Shown piece by piece: positions 8,445 to 16,219 of a stretch of DNA of 64,000 nucleotides (position 1 is the stretch's first letter; each line of letters begins with the position of its first letter). The stretch is from an uncultured Omnitrophica bacterium. GTDB taxonomy: Bacteria > Omnitrophota > Gorgyraeia > JACQQV01. Position numbers and translations under genes: made by a program. Location: contig CAMTXH010000011.1 of assembly GCA_947085655.1 (NCBI GenBank), positions 1,515 to 65,514 on the forward strand, in the 5' to 3' direction. A model generated the notes under the pieces. That model saw only the letters and a program-made list of their open reading frames with translations. It was not told the origin of the DNA and did not search any database.

Positions 8445-10268
8445 GTGGAGGGGCTCTCTCTTTTTGCCTATTCGGGGTTTCTCATTTTCTGGGTCGGGTT
8501 TTCCGCCGGACTCGGCAACTTTTTTCTTTCTTTGCTCCGTCTCAAAATCCGCGATCCCATTTTTCGGTTTCCGCTTGTCTGCGGGTTGGGAGCATGGGTC
8601 TTTTCCCAACTCCTCTTTTTGCTCGGAATCACCGGCCGGCTTTCAAGGCCGGTCCTTTTGGGGCTTCTGGTTCTGCTCGGGATTCCCTTTCTTTTTTCGC
8701 TCGGTGAATTGAGGGCCTTGCGGAAAGAAAGATGGCGTCCCCGAACGCCCTATTTTTTCCTCACCGCCGCTTTTTCGGCTTACCTCCTTTTTTACCTCGC
8801 GAGTTGCCTTCTGGGACTTTTTGTTCCGGACATGACGTATGACAGTCTCACCTACCACTTGTACCTACCGAAACTCTATCTCGAATCCGGAAAGATCCAG
8901 TTTATCCCCTGGATCATGATGTCCGCCTTTCCGCAAAATGTGGAGCTTTTGAACCTTTTGGGTCTTGCCCTGGGCGGGGACGGTTTTGCGCGGGTTCCGA
9001 ATCTTTTCTATACGATTCTTTGTCTTATGCTTTTTATGTCCTTTGAAAAGGAACTTGCCGCGCCGAAAGGGACCGGCCTTTTGTCAGGGGTCTCTTTCCT
9101 CGCTTTTCCCTGGGTCTTCTACGGAACGACGCGGGCGCTGGTGGATATCGCCTCCGCTTTTTACGGGGGGATGACGCTTCTTTGTCTTTGGAAGGCCCGC
9201 GAGGAGAAAGGGAAGACCTATTTGATTCTTGCAGGGTTCTTAAGCGCCGCCGGCTTGGGAACAAAGTATCTTTACGGGATACACTTCGGGACCCTCCTTC
9301 TTTTTTGGATTTTCCTTTGGTCTGCTTCTCCAAAGGCGAAACGTCCGCCCCTTGCGCAAAGCATTCTGGTCTTTGCCTGCCCGGCCCTTTTCTTCGGTTC
9401 TTTCTGGTACCTCCGGAACCTTTCGGAACTGGGGAATCCTTTTTATCCTTTTGCCTATCGCTGGTTTCAGGGCCCGTTCTGGAGCCGGGAACTGGAGGAG
9501 GGGCTTCTTTTGGTTCGCCGTCAGTTTGGTCCCCCGAAGACACTCCTTCATTTTCTCATTCTCCCGTACCACTTTGTAAAAGAGGGGTCTGGGCTCTTTG
9601 CGTTTGTCCCGTTTTTCATTTTTTTGAGAAAAAGGAGTTTTGAAACAGCGAGGTGGCTTACGGTTCTTTTTCTTCTGGAACTCGCGGTCTGGTTTTTTAT
9701 GCTCACCTACCAGATGCGTTACGGCATGTTCTGGCATCTTTTGTTTGCGCTTTTGATCGGGATGCTGCTTGCAGAGGGGATAGCGAACCATTCCGCTTTT
9801 TTCCGGAAGGGGATTCTTTTTCTTTTGGCATTGGTCTTACTCGTGTCCCTCCGCCCGGTTGCAACAGTTACGGTCCGGGGAAGCCGGATTCTTTTGGGGA
9901 AGGCGACGCGGGAATTTTACCGGGATCAGTTTATGGAATCCTATGCCATCTTCCGGTATATCAACACCTCGCTCCCGTCCGATGCAAAAATCGCCTCCTT
10001 CGGCGACCCGAGGGGATTTTACTGTGAGCGCCCCTTTTTTTCGATCCATCCGGATGTTTCCGGTTACCTCAATCTTCATTCCGTGCAGGACCCGGATAGC
10101 TATCGGAAGCGGTTAAGGGCTCTCGGTGCGACCCACCTCATGGACAATCCACGCCGTCACGAGATCTTCCGGAACCGTTATCCGCACTGGATCGCGCTTC
10201 AAAAAGAGTTGACGAAACGACTGAAGCCGGTTCGGCGGGAGAAGAACGTTATTCTGTATGCGTTGTAA
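8445..10268 (+). CDS. polytopic membrane protein, probable GT-C superfamily glycosyltransferase
   Basis: 607 aa with more than 12 TM. Loop-1-like acidic motif 'PDMTYDSLTYHLYLP' and a C-terminal soluble domain. GTG start. Confidence 0.55.
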   Translation: MEGLSLFAYSGFLIFWVGFSAGLGNFFLSLLRLKIRDPIFRFPLVCGLGAWVFSQLLFLLGITGRLSRPVLLGLLVLLGIPFLFSLGELRALRKERWRPRTPYFFLTAAFSAYLLFYLASCLLGLFVPDMTYDSLTYHLYLPKLYLESGKIQFIPWIMMSAFPQNVELLNLLGLALGGDGFARVPNLFYTILCLMLFMSFEKELAAPKGTGLLSGVSFLAFPWVFYGTTRALVDIASAFYGGMTLLCLWKAREEKGKTYLILAGFLSAAGLGTKYLYGIHFGTLLLFWIFLWSASPKAKRPPLAQSILVFACPALFFGSFWYLRNLSELGNPFYPFAYRWFQGPFWSRELEEGLLLVRRQFGPPKTLLHFLILPYHFVKEGSGLFAFVPFFIFLRKRSFETARWLTVLFLLELAVWFFMLTYQMRYGMFWHLLFALLIGMLLAEGIANHSAFFRKGILFLLALVLLVSLRPVATVTVRGSRILLGKATREFYRDQFMESYAIFRYINTSLPSDAKIASFGDPRGFYCERPFFSIHPDVSGYLNLHSVQDPDSYRKRLRALGATHLMDNPRRHEIFRNRYPHWIALQKELTKRLKPVRREKNVILYAL

Positions 10269-10290
10269 AAAGCATAACTTATTTCGTTGT

Positions 10291-10319
10291 TTGACTTTAT
10301 CATAAAATTGTGCTATAAT
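10291..10319 (+). promoter_or_regulatory. sigma70-type promoter (TTGACT-17 bp-TATAAT) upstream of the Wza-like gene
   Basis: Exact consensus hexamers with a 17-bp spacer in an AT-rich island, 14 bp before the ATG at 10333. Confidence 0.6.
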
Positions 10320-10332
10320 TAAAAAACTGTCA

Positions 10333-11583
10333 ATGAAGAGAGGTTTCTTTCCTTTATATCTCACGAACAAAACGCCTCTTTTGACCGGAGGTGTTTGCCT
10401 TTTCCTCCTTTTCGGGGTCCCTCGTCCCGCTGAGGCCTTGGTTGATCTGGAAGCGCCTGTTTACCGGAACCAGGGTTATTACGCCCAACAGAGGAAACAG
10501 TGGGATGCCGCCATCAAGAATTACCAAAAAGCGGTTGCGATAGATCCTTTTTACGCCACCCCCCACAATGACCTTGGCATTATTTACGAAAAACTGGGAG
10601 AACTTGAAAAGGCGGAACGGCACTATCTGCAAGCGATCTCCCTCGATCCCTGGTTTCTGGACCCGTATGCAAACCTTGCCCTCTTTTATGAAAGAACCGG
10701 TAAGCGCGATCAGGCGATTCAGTATTGGAAAAAGCGGATTGACTACGGCCATCCGAACGATCCCTGGACCCGGAAGGCGGTGGAGCGCCTGAGTCTTCTG
10801 GCAAAGGAGGAGATCATCGTGACCTATCCGCCCCACCCGGCCCAAAAGCCCCCCTCTGAACCGATGGACCATCCGCTGGTGACGGAGGGACGCGAGTGGA
10901 AGTCCTGGGGAGAACATCCGATGGGCGGCACGGAGACCGGGGGGGAATATGAAGAGTACGGGGCGATTCCGACAGAGCTCTATTACACGATCGGGCCGGG
11001 AGATTCCCTCAAGATTTCGGTCTGGCAGCATGATGATCTGAAAGAGACACTCGTAGTCCGGCCGGACGGCCGGATCTCCTTTCCGCTGGTGGACGATCTT
11101 TATGTGAGCGGGCTCACCCCCAAGCAGGTGGATGATGAACTCACCCAGCAACTTTCCAAAACGGTTCGGGATCCGGTCGTGACCGTGAACGTTACGGCAT
11201 TCGGCAGCAAGGCGGTCTATGTCCTGGGCGAGGTCCGCCGGCCGGGCCGGTATTCACTCGATCAGCCGCGGACCGCGATGGAGATGATCTCCGAGGCGGG
11301 TCAATGGATGGACAGCGGTGTCCTCACGAGTGTGATGGTGGTCCGGCGCGGCTGGACAGAGCATCCGGAGGTCTATCGGGTGAATCTGGTAAAGGTGGTG
11401 CAGGGCGGAGATCCTTCCTCCGATATGGTCCTCCAGGACGGCGACGTGATTTTTATTCCGAGAAATTTTGTGACGAAACTGGATAACTTTCTCACTTTCT
11501 TCAGCAAACATCTCTTCGGTTCGGTCGGAGGCGTCATCGGCGGCCGTCCGGTGAGGATTGTAGAACCGGTTGAGATCCGCTAA
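10333..11583 (+). CDS. polysaccharide export protein (Wza/GumB-like) with N-terminal TPR repeats
   Basis: Poly_export/SLBB-like 'YTIGPGDSLKISVWQHDDLKETLVVRPDGRISFPLVDDLYVSGLTPKQV', signal peptide and TPR block. A perfect sigma70 promoter lies immediately upstream. Confidence 0.8.
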   Translation: MKRGFFPLYLTNKTPLLTGGVCLFLLFGVPRPAEALVDLEAPVYRNQGYYAQQRKQWDAAIKNYQKAVAIDPFYATPHNDLGIIYEKLGELEKAERHYLQAISLDPWFLDPYANLALFYERTGKRDQAIQYWKKRIDYGHPNDPWTRKAVERLSLLAKEEIIVTYPPHPAQKPPSEPMDHPLVTEGREWKSWGEHPMGGTETGGEYEEYGAIPTELYYTIGPGDSLKISVWQHDDLKETLVVRPDGRISFPLVDDLYVSGLTPKQVDDELTQQLSKTVRDPVVTVNVTAFGSKAVYVLGEVRRPGRYSLDQPRTAMEMISEAGQWMDSGVLTSVMVVRRGWTEHPEVYRVNLVKVVQGGDPSSDMVLQDGDVIFIPRNFVTKLDNFLTFFSKHLFGSVGGVIGGRPVRIVEPVEIR

Positions 11584-11587
11584 ATAG

Positions 11588-13057
11588 ATGGAAGCCAAAA
11601 CCAGTTTCAGGGATTTCCTCCAGATTCTTTTTTACCGGAAGAATATCATTCTCACCCTCTTTGTCACCGTGGCGTTGAGCGCGTTCGTGGCCACGATGCT
11701 GACCACCCCCATTTATGAGGCCTCTTCGGTTCTGGTGATTGAGAAGGAACCGCCCGCGCCCGGCACCATCCAGGATGCCCAACAGATTACGGTGCCGGCG
11801 ATTCTCTCCGTCGCCCAGGAAGCGGCGGCGATGGCCAAATCACAGAGCGAAGTCGTCAAAAGCCGCGTCGTCCTCCGGAAGGCATTGGAAGGGCTCAAAA
11901 TGGCCGAGGGACCGGAGCGCGTGGTGGAGGAGCGGGTGGCTGAACTCCAAAAAAGCATCTGGGTTTCTCCCGTGGAGGAGACGATGGACCTCATCCGGAT
12001 CAGCGTCCAGCATCCGAATCCTCAGAGTGCGGCGGATATGGCGAACGCCGTTGCCGAGGCGTATGTGGAATGGTATGTGGAACGAAAAAAAGGGAGGGCG
12101 AGCGGGACATTGGTTTATCTGGATAAACAACTGGCCGAAATCGGCAGAGAACTGGACACCGCCGAATCGCAGCTTTTGGCCCTGAAGGAGGAAGGAGGGC
12201 TTGTCTCGGTGGAGGACCAGATTCGGACCGCCCTTGCGCGCCTTTCGGAATTCGAGGCCGAGTACCAGAAGATCCTGACTCAGGAAGAAGAAATTCAAAC
12301 CCGCCTCAACAAAACCCGCGCTCAGCTCAGTAATCCGGACGATGCGGTTTTGGCGACCGCCCAGAGCACTTCCCCCTATGTGGACACCCTCCGTAAGAAG
12401 GTCCTCGATTTGGAACTTCGTCTGGCCAACCTCCGGGGAACTTACACCGAGGAGAGTCTTCCGGTCGTCAAGCTCCGGGAGGAGATTGAGGGGGCGCGGG
12501 AGCGGCTCAATCAGGAACTTTTGAAGGAATCGGTCCCCGAGTTTTCCGGCACGAACCCCATTTACCGGAGTCTTGTCCAGAATATCGTAACGCTGGAAGT
12601 GGACCAGGAAGCGCTCCGGGTCCGGAAAGAACGTGTGGAGCAGACCCTTGCCGAATACCGGGCAGAGGTGGCGGACCTGGCCGAAAAGGAAAAGGAACAT
12701 CACCGCCTGATCCGGGAAATCGAAGGGAAGGAAAAGATGTACACGCTTCTCCGGAACCGGCGGGAAGAGGCGGCCGCGGCCCAGTCGCTCAAGGAAGAGG
12801 GAATTGCCACGGTGAAAATCCTCGATCTGGCCGTTGCACCGCAGCAGCCGATCCGTCCGAACAAGCCCTTGAATATTGCCCTCGGTTGCATGGTCGGTTT
12901 GATTACCGGAATTGGTTCCGCCTCCCTCTTTGAGTATTTCGACCATTCCTTCAGGAATGTGGACGATCTGGAACGCTTCCTCGACCTTCCGGTTCTCGGT
13001 TCGATCCCGCGGGGAAGCGCCGTCCGGAAGGCAACCAAGAAAAAGAGGCGGTCATGA
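11588..13057 (+). CDS. polysaccharide chain-length determinant / co-polymerase (Wzz/GumC/EpsF-like, PCP family)
   Basis: N- and C-terminal TM helices flank a long coiled-coil periplasmic region, the typical PCP topology. Directly precedes a BY-kinase ATPase gene. Confidence 0.8.
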   Translation: MEAKTSFRDFLQILFYRKNIILTLFVTVALSAFVATMLTTPIYEASSVLVIEKEPPAPGTIQDAQQITVPAILSVAQEAAAMAKSQSEVVKSRVVLRKALEGLKMAEGPERVVEERVAELQKSIWVSPVEETMDLIRISVQHPNPQSAADMANAVAEAYVEWYVERKKGRASGTLVYLDKQLAEIGRELDTAESQLLALKEEGGLVSVEDQIRTALARLSEFEAEYQKILTQEEEIQTRLNKTRAQLSNPDDAVLATAQSTSPYVDTLRKKVLDLELRLANLRGTYTEESLPVVKLREEIEGARERLNQELLKESVPEFSGTNPIYRSLVQNIVTLEVDQEALRVRKERVEQTLAEYRAEVADLAEKEKEHHRLIREIEGKEKMYTLLRNRREEAAAAQSLKEEGIATVKILDLAVAPQQPIRPNKPLNIALGCMVGLITGIGSASLFEYFDHSFRNVDDLERFLDLPVLGSIPRGSAVRKATKKKRRS

Positions 13058-13072
13058 AAGAAGGAGTGTCGG

Positions 13073-13816
13073 ATGGGTCGAATTGAAGATGCATTCCGGA
13101 AAGCCGAAGCCCAGAGGGGGAAAGTGTCCTCCGCCGAGGAGACCTTTTCCGGGTACGGCCCCCCTATCATCGACTTTACGGACCCTGAATCGCCGCTCGT
13201 GGAGTCGTACCGGACCCTCCGAACCAACATCCAGCGCGCCATTCGTGACAAGTCCGTCAAAAGCATCCTCATCACGAGTGCCGCCCAGGGAGAGGGGCGG
13301 ACACAGACCGTTTCGAATCTCGCGGTTCTGTTTTCGGCCATTGAAGGGAACAAGACCCTCCTCGTGGATGCGGATCTCCGGCATCCCGAACTCCACGAAA
13401 TTTTCCAGCTGTCCGACGGGCCGGGACTTTCGGAACTTTTGCACGGCACCACCAGCGTTGAGGCGGTCATCCGTCTGACTCGGATCGGGAATTTAAAGGT
13501 GGTCCCGGCGGGCCGGATGATGCAGGGTTCCGCGGAACTTCTGAATTCGCCCCGCCTGGCCCATTTGATGGAGGTGGTGAAAGCGGATTATGACATTATC
13601 CTTTTCGATACCCCTCCCGTCATCCCCTTCACCGACTCGGTGGTTTTGGCGTCACAGGTGGATGGGATCATCCTGATTGTCCGGGCCCGGGACACCCGGA
13701 GAGAGGTGATCCGCCGGGCCAAAGATTTACTGGATCAATCACCGGAGAAATTTCTGGGAGTCGTCTTCAACAACGTGGAATATGTCATTCCCCGGACGAT
13801 TTATGAAAAATTGTAG
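13073..13816 (+). CDS. BY-kinase-like P-loop ATPase (CpsD/EpsG type) with a degenerate Walker A
   Basis: Walker A' 'LLVDADLRHP' and Walker B 'DIILFDTPPV' are present. The Walker A reads 'AAQGEGRT' (Arg where the Lys is expected). No obvious C-terminal Tyr cluster. Confidence 0.75.
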   Translation: MGRIEDAFRKAEAQRGKVSSAEETFSGYGPPIIDFTDPESPLVESYRTLRTNIQRAIRDKSVKSILITSAAQGEGRTQTVSNLAVLFSAIEGNKTLLVDADLRHPELHEIFQLSDGPGLSELLHGTTSVEAVIRLTRIGNLKVVPAGRMMQGSAELLNSPRLAHLMEVVKADYDIILFDTPPVIPFTDSVVLASQVDGIILIVRARDTRREVIRRAKDLLDQSPEKFLGVVFNNVEYVIPRTIYEKL

Positions 13817-13861
13817 TCGCCGGGAACCGTTCTTGCTTGTTTAAGCGGCACCTGAACGACG

Positions 13862-13900
13862 AGGGGAGGAGGTCGGAAGCGATCAGACTCCCCTTTTTTT
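13862..13900 (+). terminator. putative intrinsic terminator after the BY-kinase gene
   Basis: GGGGAG...CTCCCC stem followed by TTTTTTT. The loop is large, hence the modest confidence. Confidence 0.4.
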
Positions 13901-13922
13901 CAGCCGTTAAAACCCAAGGCGT

Positions 13923-15365
13923 TTGACCGTGACATCGACACACTCCGTTTCCTGGTGGCGGGTTACCCGAAACATCCTTTCCCTCGGCCTTCGGGAACTC
14001 TCCAACAAAGGAACCTACCTGCTGTTGGGCATCCTCATCGCGCGGGTCATGGGACGGGAGGCCTTTGGGGCCTATACGTTGAGTCTCCTCCTTTCAAGGG
14101 GGTTTTTCACGATCGGAGATCTCGGATTCGGGACCTGGCTCGTGCGGGAGGTCTCGCAAGCCCCCCGGTCCGCCGGACGATTTTTCGGGACGATCGGCCT
14201 TTACCGGCTCCTTTCCGGAGTTGCGATCCTGGGCTTGATCGGGGGATTTCTCGTCTTTTCCCGGTACGACCCCTCCCTGAAGCACTTTATTCTTTTATGT
14301 GCTGTCGCCTTTTTCTTCATCCATCTGATGAGTTTCATCTTCAGTTTTTTCAGGGCGTTTGAACGGATGGAGAGTGAGTTTTATGTGAGTGTGGTGAAAA
14401 ACATCCTTTTCATCGGGGGAGGTCTCTGGGCGATCTTTCAGCGATCCTTGGATCTTCTTTTCTGGGTCTTCATCGCCGCAAGTTTTGCGGCACTTTTGTT
14501 TTCGCTTTGGATTTACGGAAGACGGATCGGTTGGAACGGCATCCGGTGGGAACCGATGCCCCTCAAGGGGGTTTTCTCGATCTGGTTGATCCAGAGCGCG
14601 GTGATGGTCTACCTTTATCTGGGGGCTATTCTCCTTTCCTTTTTCCGGGGCCTGGATGAAGTCGGTCTGTATCAGGCCGCCTACAGTTTTATCGAAATGA
14701 TTCTGATTCTCTCCACCCTCCTGACGGTTGCACTCTTTCCGGTTTTTTCGAGACTCGCGAAGCGTTCTTTCAAGGAACTCCTCGCCTTTTACGAGGAGGC
14801 GTTCCGGGGGGTCCTCTTCTTCTTCGTCCCGTTCGGGATCCTTGCCCTCTTGGGCGGCCGCACGCTTCTTTTGACATTCTACGGAGACGCCTTCCGTGCG
14901 GCTTTGCCGGCCCTGACACTCCTTTTGGCCGGATTTGTTTTCTTTCTGGTAGGCGGTCTGAACGGCCATCTTTTAATTGCGGCGGGAAAAGAACGCTGGG
15001 TCCTTGCCGCTGTGACTGTTTGCACGGCGCTGAATCTTTCTCTGAATCTTTTGTGGATTCCCCGCCACGGTTTTTTGGGGGCAAGCGGCGCCATGGTGCT
15101 TTCGGAGACAGTGATGTTTTCCTTGATGGTCGGCTGGATTGCCCGGACTTTCGGAAGCGTTTCTTTCCTGAAAGGAAGGTTCTTTTGGGGGTTGGTCCTG
15201 GTGTGGGGGTCTCTCCTTTTCGGGCTTTCCCGGCTTCCTTTTCTCCTTTGGGTGTGCATCGGTCTCGGGAGTTATCTGCTCCTTTCGGTCTTTTTTCGCC
15301 AAAAACTCGTCAAAGAGATGCGGGCGGCAAAAGTACTCTGGGGAGAGTTTAAAAGGTCATCATGA
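13923..15365 (+). CDS. Wzx-like polysaccharide flippase (MOP superfamily)
   Basis: 480 aa, about 12-14 TM, typical 'polysaccharide biosynthesis protein' layout. TTG/GTG start (13923/13929). Stop overlaps the next start as ATGA. Confidence 0.75.
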   Translation: MTVTSTHSVSWWRVTRNILSLGLRELSNKGTYLLLGILIARVMGREAFGAYTLSLLLSRGFFTIGDLGFGTWLVREVSQAPRSAGRFFGTIGLYRLLSGVAILGLIGGFLVFSRYDPSLKHFILLCAVAFFFIHLMSFIFSFFRAFERMESEFYVSVVKNILFIGGGLWAIFQRSLDLLFWVFIAASFAALLFSLWIYGRRIGWNGIRWEPMPLKGVFSIWLIQSAVMVYLYLGAILLSFFRGLDEVGLYQAAYSFIEMILILSTLLTVALFPVFSRLAKRSFKELLAFYEEAFRGVLFFFVPFGILALLGGRTLLLTFYGDAFRAALPALTLLLAGFVFFLVGGLNGHLLIAAGKERWVLAAVTVCTALNLSLNLLWIPRHGFLGASGAMVLSETVMFSLMVGWIARTFGSVSFLKGRFFWGLVLVWGSLLFGLSRLPFLLWVCIGLGSYLLLSVFFRQKLVKEMRAAKVLWGEFKRSS

Positions 15366-16219
15366 TTTGTCCACTCTGTCGCAGGGAGAGCGGGAGACCC
15401 CGGTATCGTTTGCCCGGCAAGCAGATCTTCTGGTGCAGGACCTGCCGGTCGTTTTTCGTGGACCCTTTTCCGGCATCGATCCGGCTCCATGACCTTTATG
15501 AGGAAGGGGCGGAGGCGTTTCAGGAGAAGTATTTTGAGAGCTTTCAGGATCTCCGTTCCAGAAGTTTTGCCCGCGGATTGAAGACACTGGCGGCATTGCA
15601 TCGCAGAGGGCGCCTTTTGGATGTGGGGACCGGGCTCGGGTTTTTTCTTGAGGCGGCCCGCAAGGCCGGCTGGGAGGTGGAGGGACTTGAGCTTTCCGAG
15701 AAGGTGGCGCAGTATGCCCGGAAACATTTGCAGGTTCCGGTGCACGTCGGTATCCTCGCGGAAGTTCCGTTGAAGGAGAGAACGTATCAGGCGGTGACGA
15801 TGTGGGATGTACTGGAACATCTTCCGGATCCGGCGGGGGCTTTGCGCCGGATTCGGACCCTTTTAGCGCCGAAGGGGGTTGTACTGATCCGCACCCCGGT
15901 CTGTGACAGTCTCATCCCCTGGATGATCCGTCTTTTTTACCGGTTCAGTTTCGGAAAATTCCGGTTCGGGTTTGAAAAACTTTTTAAAGAGCACCTGTTT
16001 CATTTCAGCGAAGAAGGCCTGCGTACCCTTGTTCGGGCCGCCGGATTCCGGATTCTCCTTGCCTATCGTGAGGATTATATTAATTCGCATGCCCTGAGAG
16101 AAAAATCATGGGCCCGGAATCCGGTCATTCGGCTTGGGGCGCATCTTGCGATTGGCCTTGGGCATCTCATTCGAAGACAAGATGAGGTGGTTCTGTATGC
16201 CGAAGTCGAAACACCCTGA
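15362..16219 (+). CDS. class I SAM-dependent methyltransferase with N-terminal zinc ribbon
   Basis: CPLC...CRTC zinc ribbon. Motif I 'LLDVGTGLGFFLEAARKAGWEVEG'. A paralog sits at 31182..32108. Confidence 0.75.
   Translation: MICPLCRRESGRPRYRLPGKQIFWCRTCRSFFVDPFPASIRLHDLYEEGAEAFQEKYFESFQDLRSRSFARGLKTLAALHRRGRLLDVGTGLGFFLEAARKAGWEVEGLELSEKVAQYARKHLQVPVHVGILAEVPLKERTYQAVTMWDVLEHLPDPAGALRRIRTLLAPKGVVLIRTPVCDSLIPWMIRLFYRFSFGKFRFGFEKLFKEHLFHFSEEGLRTLVRAAGFRILLAYREDYINSHALREKSWARNPVIRLGAHLAIGLGHLIRRQDEVVLYAEVETP

Noticed and set aside
8394-8609. N-terminal extension of the DUF294 gene (minus strand) up to 8609
   Set aside because: It would overlap the divergent GT-C-like gene and its promoter. The extension is Lys/Arg/Pro-rich low-complexity sequence. 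The internal ATG at 8393 was preferred.
13073-13816. Calling the BY-kinase-like gene a pseudogene because of the Walker A Lys-to-Arg change
   Set aside because: The reading frame is intact and all other motifs are conserved. The change is reported as a finding rather than as gene decay.
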